Under the pieces are notes generated by a model. That model ran no database searches. It had not been told where the DNA came from and saw only the letters and a program-made list of their open reading frames with translations. Position numbers and translations under genes: made by a program. From Candidatus Hermodarchaeota archaeon (lineage in GTDB: Archaea > Asgardarchaeota > Thorarchaeia > Thorarchaeales > Thorarchaeaceae), in the NCBI GenBank assembly GCA_048885865.1, contig JBHLLF010000002.1:32001-96000 (forward strand): 64,000 nucleotides of DNA, given 5' to 3'. This document shows positions 8,675-17,876 of this stretch, one piece after another (positions within the stretch are counted from its first letter, which is position 1; every line of letters begins with the position of its first letter).

Positions 8675-8702
8675 AGTGTGATGATCGAAAGACCATCACA
8701 CT
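8675..8702 (-). terminator. Hairpin between convergent genes, followed by a T-rich tract on the minus strand
   Basis: agtgtgatg / catcacact 9-bp perfect stem; minus strand continues ctcattctttttct. Confidence 0.6.
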
Positions 8703-8716
8703 ATACTGGAGTTCCT

Positions 8717-10114
8717 CTATTCGCTAGTTTGAGCTCTTGAGTATGCACCCTCAAGTTCTCTTTCCATAGCCGATGGAATAACAGTCTTGGTGAAGTCGCC
8801 ATCTTTCTTTCTGATGAAGACGTAGAGCAACGTGACATATACAATGTCAAACGTGCGCAATACTAGTGATACTGGAATTCCTGCTAGAACTGCAAAGACA
8901 ACTCCTAGAACTACAGTTGCAATTAAATCTCCAGCAAAGGCAACCCAGCCTACGACTGCTCCTCCAAGTGCAAAACCAAGGAAGAATATGACAGCCAGAA
9001 CACCAAAACCCCATCTTACTGCGGTTTCTTTAATCATGACATCTACGAAGTTGTCCTTAACAAGACCTGCACTTCGCTTGATGCCATCCCTCGCTCCAAG
9101 CTCTTCCGCCACCATCGCAGGGATTGTGAAGTAGTTTATCAGGAACCAAACATAGCTTATGATTCCACCTGCTACCCTGCCAACTGCTGCTCCTCCTACA
9201 CCTCCGACCTCTCTACCTAAACGCTCAAGAATCATCCTGATGATAACGATTAGCACACTCAATAAGCTCAAGACGATGATGCCAGTTATGACACCAAGAG
9301 ATGACCTGACACCATCACCAAGGTCAGGATCTCTGCCACGCATATAGAGGTAGACCATTGCAGATGATGTTCCATAAGCGAAATTGTAGAAGAATATTGT
9401 AGCAAAGAGATACAGGACAATTCCAACGGCCGCAACCCATCCAGTTTCAATGGTTAGGTCTTGAGCACCTGAGATTATCTGCAGTGCATTTCCTCCAGAC
9501 AGGACATCAATTGAATAGAATGCAATGCCTCCAAACATGACAGCTGAAATTAGGGTGAATATCATTACGAGAGTGGGCGGTACAAAGACTCCCTTTTCAT
9601 CAAGACAGACCTGTCCAGTCAGTTTAATGATCTCACCTGCACGGCGGACTCTATCTCGAAACACTGTGAACAGTAGAAGGGTGATGAACAGCGCAAAGAG
9701 TCCCGGTATCAATACCGGCCAAGCGAAGGCAACTCCGGTAGCAAACAGCAAAATAGGAATGGCTAGTGTCATTACGAGCATGAATGCTGCGCCGATGTAA
9801 ATCAAAGTCCCTCCCAGCCTCCTTGCGAGCCATGAGGCAGCATATGCCACAAAGAGACTCAGTAGGATGATTCCAAGCAAAATGGCTGCAATTGCTATCG
9901 CGGCATCAGTCGGTGATATCACTAGGCTAACGACCGATAGGATTTCGTTGATGGCATTCATCACTTGGGTTCCATAGGACGCCCAGAGCCCCATCAACGA
10001 ATAAATTCCTGCTGCGAAGAAAGCTCCAAGAACGATTACAACTCCAAGCACCGCTTTACCGTGGCTTGGATAGTTCTGATTATCATGATACTCGATCACA
10101 TCAGTACGTGCCAA
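8717..10114 (-). CDS. Multi-pass membrane protein, choline-transporter-like (CTL/SLC44/Pns1; DUF6159-related)
   Basis: About 10 TM; FRDRVRRAGEIIKLTG and NYFTIPAMVAEELGARDGIKRSAGLVKDN resemble CTL blocks (from recall). Confidence 0.55.
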   Translation of the reverse strand: MARTDVIEYHDNQNYPSHGKAVLGVVIVLGAFFAAGIYSLMGLWASYGTQVMNAINEILSVVSLVISPTDAAIAIAAILLGIILLSLFVAYAASWLARRLGGTLIYIGAAFMLVMTLAIPILLFATGVAFAWPVLIPGLFALFITLLLFTVFRDRVRRAGEIIKLTGQVCLDEKGVFVPPTLVMIFTLISAVMFGGIAFYSIDVLSGGNALQIISGAQDLTIETGWVAAVGIVLYLFATIFFYNFAYGTSSAMVYLYMRGRDPDLGDGVRSSLGVITGIIVLSLLSVLIVIIRMILERLGREVGGVGGAAVGRVAGGIISYVWFLINYFTIPAMVAEELGARDGIKRSAGLVKDNFVDVMIKETAVRWGFGVLAVIFFLGFALGGAVVGWVAFAGDLIATVVLGVVFAVLAGIPVSLVLRTFDIVYVTLLYVFIRKKDGDFTKTVIPSAMERELEGAYSRAQTSE

Positions 10115-10260
10115 CTAATCTCCTCCAATTAGTAGTAAACACTTGAATCAACTCCTCATCTGTTACAGTTAAATCTTAGCAACGATAGCAAGAGAGGTGC
10201 ATAGTAAGCTGAAAATCACCTATGCTAATATATTTCAGAGGGATAAAGGAACGTAATGCT

Positions 10261-10734
10261 ATGGAATCCATAACTTACTGCGAACCAGATCATATCTTCT
10301 GCAGGGCAAATAAAATCCTGTTTGCGGGTGATGGAAGTGAAAATGCAGCCAAGGCAATGAAGGTGGCAATTGAGCTTGCAGAGCTGACAAATTCCAAGCT
10401 ATTCATTGTTCATGTTGTACCCACGCCAACAGTCAAGCAGATGGCAGTTATGACTAGTATGAGTCAAGAGGAAGTCATGGACAAGTATGTTAAGAATGGA
10501 GAGATTCTCTTGAAAGGCTACAAAGATTCGGCATTGGAATACAATCTCAAAGTCGAAACAATTCTTGAGAGAAGCGCTCCTTCAGAAGGAGTACTTGCAG
10601 TAGCCAAGGCGAAAGAAGTGGACCTCATTGTGATTGGTTCAAGGGGCGCATCTGGCACAAGACGTGCTGGCATGGGCAGCAATACTGAACGAATCGTAAT
10701 AAACTCAGAATGTCCGGTTTTGGTCGTGAAGTAG
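10261..10734 (+). CDS. Universal stress protein (UspA family)
   Basis: KILFAGDGSE, DLIVIGSRG, MGSNTERIV, CPVLVVK. Confidence 0.9.
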   Translation: MESITYCEPDHIFCRANKILFAGDGSENAAKAMKVAIELAELTNSKLFIVHVVPTPTVKQMAVMTSMSQEEVMDKYVKNGEILLKGYKDSALEYNLKVETILERSAPSEGVLAVAKAKEVDLIVIGSRGASGTRRAGMGSNTERIVINSECPVLVVK

Positions 10735-10765
10735 TGCTCAAAAATGATGGTGGACAGCAACCGGA

Positions 10766-11068
10766 CTATTCCAGCTCCCTTATCTGCCCAATCATACTCA
10801 CCATTTTTCGAATGGAGAGAATATCCTGTCCTGCTGCTGCATAGGTGGCTGCAAGCTCCCTCGCATAATCTTCAGGAAGGCCGTGCTTGACTAGGCTCTT
10901 ATGAAACGCCTTTTTTGACTGCCTGACCCTCCACCTAGCATTGACATATGCTCCTAGCAATCCTGCTACGATCTTCACACTACCCGAGATTGCAGTCCAG
11001 ACAATGGAGGCGATTTCTCTCGGAGAATCGTCATCACTCAAGATCCTCTTCATCCTCAAAGTCGTCAA
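10766..11068 (-). CDS. Hypothetical protein
   Basis: Overlaps the upstream co-oriented ORF; contains LVKHGLPEDYARELAATY. Confidence 0.6.
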   Translation of the reverse strand: MTTLRMKRILSDDDSPREIASIVWTAISGSVKIVAGLLGAYVNARWRVRQSKKAFHKSLVKHGLPEDYARELAATYAAAGQDILSIRKMVSMIGQIRELE

Positions 11069-11399
11069 TTTCGATGGACTTTCTTCTTTTCTTTCCCTTT
11101 TCTTCCTCCTGTACGATATTCATTAACTTTGTAATGTTGAACATGTCAAGACCAGCGACATATTTCTTGGTCAACTCCATAGCCATCTCATCTGGAATCC
11201 CTTGTTCTTTGAGTTTCGCATAGAAACCACCTATGGCTGCAGCCATGTCTTCCGCTCTTTCAGCGCTATAGACGCTGCCTATAAGTCCGCCAATAAGCTT
11301 AGGAATCGAGTCACTAAGCGCACCAAAAATCTCCTTGATCTCTTCAGCTTCGCTTTGTCCCGGCTTTTTCCTTTCATCTTTTGAATCATCATTACTCAT
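11034..11399 (-). CDS. Hypothetical protein
   Basis: GGTGAT RBS; contains LKEQGIPDEMAMELTKKY. Confidence 0.7.
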   Translation of the reverse strand: MSNDDSKDERKKPGQSEAEEIKEIFGALSDSIPKLIGGLIGSVYSAERAEDMAAAIGGFYAKLKEQGIPDEMAMELTKKYVAGLDMFNITKLMNIVQEEEKGKKRRKSIEIDDFEDEEDLE

Positions 11400-11428
11400 G
11401 ATTATTTATCACCAAGAGAGAATATGTC

Positions 11429-11491
11429 TGGTCACTCATCTTAAAAAAAGTGGAAAAAAGTGACCACATCCTATTCAGATTACGGTCACTT
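11429..11491. promoter_or_regulatory. Three GGTCACT boxes flanking a TATA-like element; putative operator
   Basis: tggtcact 11429-36, agtgacca 11459-66, ggtcactt 11484-91; TTTTTAAG on the minus strand between the first two. Confidence 0.45.
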
Positions 11492-11506
11492 CACGCCATA
11501 GGGAAG

Positions 11507-11995
11507 TCATGCCAATGCGAAATATCGGGCACGATCATCATCTTCATCCTCAATGACTTTGAGAATGCCTCGCCCAAGAAGGGACTGAACCCTTTCTCTT
11601 ATTATACGCCTAGAGGCTGTTCCACGTTCGGCTCTCACGGCAGCAGTAATTTGACTGATATTGAGAGGTCGAGATCCATCAAGGATTCTGATAATCTGCC
11701 AACTGATATCGTCCTTACGAAGGTCACCATATCTAGATTCCAAGCGTTCAGCTCGAGTGAACTTGGACATTAGCTTGACCATGCTGTCATAGAACTCAAA
11801 GCCCTCACGTATGACCTTAGCAGACTCCCCGACTTCTTCAATACCCGGTCCAAGTCTCTCAATGAGGGTCTCAACTCGAGCAAGTCTTGATGAGATTTCA
11901 TCCAATCGGTCTTGAACCTCTTCAATAGTGAGCTGTGGTGAGTCATCCGGACTTTCTTTGTCCTTTGAATCTGACAACTCCTTCTTCTTGCTCAA
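11507..11995 (-). CDS. Coiled-coil plus winged-helix putative transcription regulator
   Basis: Heptad N-terminal half; ISWQIIRIL...LNISQIT...IIRERVQSLLGRGIL. Confidence 0.7.
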   Translation of the reverse strand: MSKKKELSDSKDKESPDDSPQLTIEEVQDRLDEISSRLARVETLIERLGPGIEEVGESAKVIREGFEFYDSMVKLMSKFTRAERLESRYGDLRKDDISWQIIRILDGSRPLNISQITAAVRAERGTASRRIIRERVQSLLGRGILKVIEDEDDDRARYFALA

Positions 11996-12096
11996 GGTTC
12001 AGCCTCAGGCTTGCTCACATATTGCTTGAGATAAGTTTGATGGCAAGCGAAATCCGTTTAATAGCGATTGCTTCCCCATTCGTATTGTGACTAGAG

Positions 12097-13512
12097 ATGA
12101 ATAAAGAGGAGAGGCAACATTCTCACGTCAATGTGAAGCCACTCCGCCAGCTCTTTCATTTCTCACATTTCTCGCATTTCTATAGGCTCTATGTTCCTGC
12201 ATCTCTGCTGATTGGCATCGTCTGTGGGTTATTCATGGCAATCTTTCAGTATCTCATAGACTTGACAACTGGTGCATTTGTTGGTTTGCCCGTGTTCCTC
12301 GTTCCTCTTCTTGGAGGAGGGTTCTCCGGCTTGTTGATATATTTTGGCCGAAGAGAGATTGAGGGGAGTGGTATTTCAAAAGCTATTGAACTCACACATG
12401 ATCCGCAGGAATTAATGCCTTCTACTGCTGTTACAAAGATGATTGCTACATCAGTTTCGATTGGAACTGGGAACCCTGTTGGGAGGGAAGGTCCTGCGGT
12501 CCTTATTGGTGCTGCTCTAGGGAATTATATTGGGAGGCAATTTGGATATGACAATCCAGCTCATCTACGTGTCTTCATTATGATGGGCTCGGCAGCATGT
12601 ACTGCTGGTATTTACAAAGCTCCACTTGGAGGTGCATTATTCGCCTCTGAAGCTCCTTACAAACGCGATGCGCGGTTAGGTTACTTTGTGCCTACAGTTC
12701 TGGCGGCAATAACATCCTTCATCATTTTTGCTGTAATCTATCGGATTGATCCGCTTCTCAGTCTACAGATTGATTTCACCCTCACCCTCGAGGTCATCCC
12801 ATTAGTCCTCCTGTTGGGTATCTTTGCTGGTGTTATTTCGCTATTCTTCTCAGTCTTTTTAATGGCCACACGTAATTTCTTTAACCTCAGACTACCTGAC
12901 TGGGCTGACCCTGTGGCTGGCTCGTTATGTGCATGTGTGATATTGTTCCTTGTTGGTCTGTGGTTGGACCCACAATACACTGTTGCAGGACTTGGGTATG
13001 ATGTTATTGAGCTAATCGCATCCCCTTCATCCTCTCTTCCTATCGCAGCCCTGCTTCTGCTAATGATTGGCAAGCTCCTGGCATCATCCTTTGTCGTGGC
13101 TGGAAGGGTGTCAGGTGGAGTGCTTGCATCATCGATTTTCGTCGGCGCAATGCTAGGTGCCATATTCGGTCATCTATTTGCTCCGCACTATCTTACTGCT
13201 TTTGTTGTACTTGGCATGGGTGCAGTCCTTGCAGCAACAACAAATACACCAGTCGCCACCATAGTATTGATTCTTGAGATTAGTCACTCGTTCGAACTCC
13301 TCATTCCTATAGCAATCTGCATCTGTGTATCTTATCTCCTAGCAGGTGGAACATCTCTATATGAGGGGCAGAAAGTTACTAGGGATGATGAAGATCCTGG
13401 GTATTATGCTAGGATTAATGTACAGCCAGAAGAGATGGCTCTGGACATCTTACATGATGATGCAAATCCTGTAAATCATGAGCCCTCTCGCAATCCAGAT
13501 GCTGATGACTAA
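12097..13512 (+). CDS. ClC-family chloride channel / Cl-:H+ antiporter (no CBS domain)
   Basis: GSGIS, GREGP, APLGGALFASE, SGG, SLY motifs. Confidence 0.92.
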   Translation: MNKEERQHSHVNVKPLRQLFHFSHFSHFYRLYVPASLLIGIVCGLFMAIFQYLIDLTTGAFVGLPVFLVPLLGGGFSGLLIYFGRREIEGSGISKAIELTHDPQELMPSTAVTKMIATSVSIGTGNPVGREGPAVLIGAALGNYIGRQFGYDNPAHLRVFIMMGSAACTAGIYKAPLGGALFASEAPYKRDARLGYFVPTVLAAITSFIIFAVIYRIDPLLSLQIDFTLTLEVIPLVLLLGIFAGVISLFFSVFLMATRNFFNLRLPDWADPVAGSLCACVILFLVGLWLDPQYTVAGLGYDVIELIASPSSSLPIAALLLLMIGKLLASSFVVAGRVSGGVLASSIFVGAMLGAIFGHLFAPHYLTAFVVLGMGAVLAATTNTPVATIVLILEISHSFELLIPIAICICVSYLLAGGTSLYEGQKVTRDDEDPGYYARINVQPEEMALDILHDDANPVNHEPSRNPDADD

Positions 13513-13617
13513 TTCCCACCGCTTGGATAAGTTAATAGGCGTACACATTAAGAGAACCTAGTTCAACCCCTTTTCTGGGGATTATTCGCTAGTATCGCGT
13601 CTCAGGAGGATTCCGAT

Positions 13618-16290
13618 ATGAGAAAAGGTCTGATTTGCACGCTGCTCCTCTTGCTGTTTCTAATTCCGCTTATCCCATCCATTCCAGCCTATTTTGGTGC
13701 TGAGGATTCTAGCGCCCAACATACCCCACGAATCAAGCCCATTGATTTTCACGCTATGACTGAAACCTACGGTCCTGAGATTCCTTTGGTGGTCGAGTTT
13801 GCTCAACCATTGACCGAGATTCAGATTTTAAAACTTGAAGCGAATGGCGTTAGATTCACTTTCGGCACTCCATCAATGAGTCAGGTTGGGAATTACTATC
13901 TAATCAGAGGTTCCGCTGATGGCTTAGCAACAATGTATGAATCAGGAGTGTTTGATAGTGTGTCCTTCCAGACTCCTATGAGGCATTTGCATGCGCCTAG
14001 AGATGTATCAATTCCTGAGATTGGTGCCGATGACATTTGGGCTACTCTTGATGACCTGAGTCAAAACGTCACTGGCAAAGGAATCCTTATAGCTGATTTG
14101 GATTCTGGAATTGATTGGACTCATCCTGATCTATGGTTTGCTGATGGTGGCTCATACGACTGGCTAGATGGTGTCCCTGATTCAATATTCACCAATGGAA
14201 GCGACGGAGTAGATCTCAACTTCGATCTAGCTCTACAACCAGATGAGACCCTTTACGCTATTGATTTAGATCGAGATGGGATTTTTGATACCACTACTGA
14301 ATGGATTTGGGCTGATAATGTCACGCAAGATGGCCAGATTCAGATAGGAGAGCCATTCTTCGTTGTGAATGATACCAATGACAACGGGCAATTGGATCCT
14401 GGTGAGCAGCTCGTTATGTTAAAAACACCAAAGACGAAGTACATCGTGGAGGGAGATGGTACACCAGTAAGCAATGAACATGTTTGGGTACGAGGAGTTA
14501 ATCTCACAGCAAGTACACATGTCGATGATAATGGACACGGAACAGCTGTATCAGGTATTCTCGTTGGTGGACAACTCGGATTTAGGAAATACATGGGCGT
14601 CGCACCTGATGCCGAATTAATGATGATAAAGGTCCTCAGTACGAACTACACCAAGTATGACTGGCTCTATGTTGAGGATGGCCTAACCTATGCATATACT
14701 CATGGAGCAGATGTGATTCTCACAGAGATTGGTTCTTGGACGTATGAATTCCTAGATGGAAGTTCAGCCGCTGCTACGCTAATCGATACAATCGTTGCTT
14801 CTGGAATTCCAGTTATCTCTCCAAGTGGAAACCTTGGAGGTAGCAATAAACATGCACGCTTTGCTACGATTTCAAATATGCCATATTACGTCGATTTTGA
14901 CCTTCCTCCAACGGTTGAAATCTATGATGTCTACATCACAGTCCTGTCGATTAACAGCACAGACTTCAGTGTATGCAATTTCAGTCTGATATTCAATCTC
15001 CAATCATGGAGTGGTGGCTTGAATAATATCATCTACCTTCATCCAGGCGTAGGCTATCCAGGTAGGGTTGCTCAAAAAGTGATTACAATTACCACAAAAG
15101 ATCTGTGGGTTGAATCTTTCATTGACACATCATCCCGCGGCACGAAGATGCTGGGAATCCATATTTGGGCTGAAGACCTTACTTATCCGCCTACCTTCCG
15201 CATACCTCTTCCTATGATTACCGCTCCGCCTTTTGACCAGCTAAACATCACAGCACCCTCGGACACTACTTTCCATTCATACATTTCTGACTCTGCCACA
15301 TCTTGGTCTGGTGGAGCTATCTGGATGACAGATGCAACTGATGACTATCACATTACATGGCCTTCAACAGCTGACTCCGCCCTAAGTGTCGCAAGCTATC
15401 GTACTCGTAATCTCGTTTCTCCTGAGGTCATAGGTGAGATAGCGAGCTTCTCATCACGTGGCCCAAGGATTGATGAAACTGAGAAGCAGGGCATTGCAGC
15501 CCCTGGCGGATTTGACATTGTCACTGACTATACAAACGATTCTGTATGGGCTTCGTGGTATAATGATGGGGGAAGTCTTCCTTTTGATGAACGATTTGGG
15601 AGCTACCGTTTATTCAGTGGTACCAGCGCATCAGGCCCGCACGTTGCTGGTACAGCTGCTTTGATGCTTCAGGTCGACTCCGCTGTAGGAAGTATGGTCG
15701 CTGATATAATCAAGGGCACAGCACGCATAGATGCATATACAGGTGCAGTTCATAATCCAATTTGGGGGTATGGAAAGCTCAATGCATCTGCAGCGGTTGA
15801 GTTCACATCTCAAGATCTCGTAGGGCCAACCATAGGAGTGCCCGAGCATGAACCCCAGCAGCCTACTGATGCAGATGATGTGAACGTTAGTGTAACTGTC
15901 ACGGACTTGAGTGGAGTTGATTCAGTTATCCTCGCATACCACAATGGAACTCACTGGAACAACGTGACTATGATATGGAATGGAACCCATTATGTCGCGA
16001 GTATCCCGGCTCTTTCGATGGGAACCACTGTAACATATCGGATATATTCGAATGACACATTAGACAACTGGTCTACTTCATCTGATTACCAGTATATAGT
16101 CGGGTCATCAATCACAACCCCGACAACTACGACGTCAACCAGCACAACGACAAGTGGGCCTACAACAACGCCGCCTCCAATTCCGGAGGTACCTAATTAC
16201 TTGAGAATAGCAATCATGCTTGTATTCATCCTGTTACTGATTGTCTTCTCAATAGTACTCTCCAGAAGGCGGACGCAACGGTTGGAATGA
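13618..16290 (+). CDS. Secreted, C-terminally anchored S8 subtilase
   Basis: Signal peptide; DLDSG, HGT, SGN, GTSASGPHVAG; Thr-rich linker and TM. Confidence 0.92.
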   Translation: MRKGLICTLLLLLFLIPLIPSIPAYFGAEDSSAQHTPRIKPIDFHAMTETYGPEIPLVVEFAQPLTEIQILKLEANGVRFTFGTPSMSQVGNYYLIRGSADGLATMYESGVFDSVSFQTPMRHLHAPRDVSIPEIGADDIWATLDDLSQNVTGKGILIADLDSGIDWTHPDLWFADGGSYDWLDGVPDSIFTNGSDGVDLNFDLALQPDETLYAIDLDRDGIFDTTTEWIWADNVTQDGQIQIGEPFFVVNDTNDNGQLDPGEQLVMLKTPKTKYIVEGDGTPVSNEHVWVRGVNLTASTHVDDNGHGTAVSGILVGGQLGFRKYMGVAPDAELMMIKVLSTNYTKYDWLYVEDGLTYAYTHGADVILTEIGSWTYEFLDGSSAAATLIDTIVASGIPVISPSGNLGGSNKHARFATISNMPYYVDFDLPPTVEIYDVYITVLSINSTDFSVCNFSLIFNLQSWSGGLNNIIYLHPGVGYPGRVAQKVITITTKDLWVESFIDTSSRGTKMLGIHIWAEDLTYPPTFRIPLPMITAPPFDQLNITAPSDTTFHSYISDSATSWSGGAIWMTDATDDYHITWPSTADSALSVASYRTRNLVSPEVIGEIASFSSRGPRIDETEKQGIAAPGGFDIVTDYTNDSVWASWYNDGGSLPFDERFGSYRLFSGTSASGPHVAGTAALMLQVDSAVGSMVADIIKGTARIDAYTGAVHNPIWGYGKLNASAAVEFTSQDLVGPTIGVPEHEPQQPTDADDVNVSVTVTDLSGVDSVILAYHNGTHWNNVTMIWNGTHYVASIPALSMGTTVTYRIYSNDTLDNWSTSSDYQYIVGSSITTPTTTTSTSTTTSGPTTTPPPIPEVPNYLRIAIMLVFILLLIVFSIVLSRRRTQRLE

Positions 16291-16371
16291 CCGGTCCCTG
16301 ATACGTACTACATCGATGGAATGTGTTATATGATTAACATTCTTCGTGAGCCTGAATTCTAACATGAAGGG

Positions 16372-16737
16372 ATGAGATTCAGAATGAAGCGCCTCGGTGG
16401 ATTCGACCTTCGATTGGAACGGTCATTTAGATCCTCTCGCAAATCTATCCCAGTTGAGGTGCTTGTAGATACTGAGAATACAATCATTGTCTTGGACTGT
16501 AGTTGCTGTGAAGACCTGCTTGCAAGTCGGCTACCAGGAGGAGTGCTGATACCGATTGCTTCAAGTCTCAAGTCATTCTTTGGCACTAGAGACATGCGCA
16601 ACATTGACGTCCAAGTGAGTGGCTCTCTGATGAGACGGACCTACAAGGGAATCTGTATGGAAGATGCAGTCCCCGAGATTAAGAGTGTTTTAGAAGGCGC
16701 TGTCTCCAGGTACAACAAGAAGCGGAAGAAACGATGA
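16372..16737 (+). CDS. Hypothetical protein with CSCC motif
   Basis: Clean 121-aa ORF. Confidence 0.65.
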   Translation: MRFRMKRLGGFDLRLERSFRSSRKSIPVEVLVDTENTIIVLDCSCCEDLLASRLPGGVLIPIASSLKSFFGTRDMRNIDVQVSGSLMRRTYKGICMEDAVPEIKSVLEGAVSRYNKKRKKR

Positions 16738-16781
16738 ACCTGTAGAAATGGGAAGATTTTCGAGCCTTTTTTTCTGCCTGT

Positions 16782-17867
16782 CTACTCGTGATTTTCCTTG
16801 AACTCCACTAGAAAGTCTGCTAAAGCTTCAACACCTTCCTTGGGCATCGCATTGTAAATTGATGCTCTCATGCCACCAACTGATCGGTGACCTTTGAGCC
16901 CAACAAGCCCTCTAGCGGTGCCTTCTTCTACGATTTCCTTTTCGAGCTCCTCAGAAGGCAATCTGAATGTTACGTTCATGAGTGATCTTGAATCCTCTCT
17001 TGCATGGCCTTTATAGAAGCCACCAGAAGAGTCGATTACATCATACAAGATCTTGGCCTTTGCTCTATTCCTCTTCTCAATCTCCGATATGCCGCCTTCA
17101 CCCTTCCAATAATCAAGTGCAAGTTTACACACGTATATCGCAAAGCAGGGTGGAGTATGAAACAATGAGTTCTTCTCAACCTCAGTCTTCCACTTGAGTA
17201 GAGTGGGTGTATCTTCTGGTACTCTATCCACTAGGTCTTCTCTAACAATGACTAGTGTGACACCTGCAGGGCCTAGATTCTTTTGGGCACCTGCGAATAT
17301 CACACCAAAATCGTTCACATTTATTTCTCTGGCCATTAGGTCTGATGAGAAATCGGAAACCAAGGGGACGTCATCCGGGACATCAGGCCATTCATGCCAT
17401 TCTGTACCAAAGATTGTATTGTTACTTGCAATATGCCCATATGATGCATTGTCACTGAAACTAACACCACGAGGAATATAGCTATACTTCTCATCCGCAG
17501 AAGACGCTATTACTTCAACATCTCCATAGAGTTTCGCCTCTTTAATCGCCTTTGAAGTCCATGCTCCGGTGTCAACAAATTGGATTGGTTTTCCAGGAAT
17601 GTGCAGATTCACTGGAGCCATATAGAATTGAGTTGATGCTCCACCTTGAAGCCAAAGAATCTTGTATTCATCAGGGACTCGCATGAGTTCTCGAACCAAA
17701 TCAGTTGCATCAGTATGCACCTTGTCATATTCCTTTGACCTGTGGGAAATCTCAAGGATTGACATTCCTGTTCCAGCGAAATCCAAAAGCTCCTCCTGCG
17801 CCTTCTCCAAGGCAGGTAGTGGGAGAGTTGCAGGTCCTGCGTAGAAATTGTACACTCTTTTAACCAA
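16782..17867 (-). CDS. serC: Phosphoserine aminotransferase
   Basis: NFYAGPATLP, EISHRS, GAQKNLGPAG, GHRSVGGMRASIYNA. Confidence 0.96.
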   Translation of the reverse strand: MVKRVYNFYAGPATLPLPALEKAQEELLDFAGTGMSILEISHRSKEYDKVHTDATDLVRELMRVPDEYKILWLQGGASTQFYMAPVNLHIPGKPIQFVDTGAWTSKAIKEAKLYGDVEVIASSADEKYSYIPRGVSFSDNASYGHIASNNTIFGTEWHEWPDVPDDVPLVSDFSSDLMAREINVNDFGVIFAGAQKNLGPAGVTLVIVREDLVDRVPEDTPTLLKWKTEVEKNSLFHTPPCFAIYVCKLALDYWKGEGGISEIEKRNRAKAKILYDVIDSSGGFYKGHAREDSRSLMNVTFRLPSEELEKEIVEEGTARGLVGLKGHRSVGGMRASIYNAMPKEGVEALADFLVEFKENHE

Positions 17868-17876
17868 TCAAATCAC

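Noticed and set aside
12150-12180. FHFSHFSHF micro-repeat at the ClC N-terminus
   Set aside because: Short low-complexity 9-bp duplication with no supportable function
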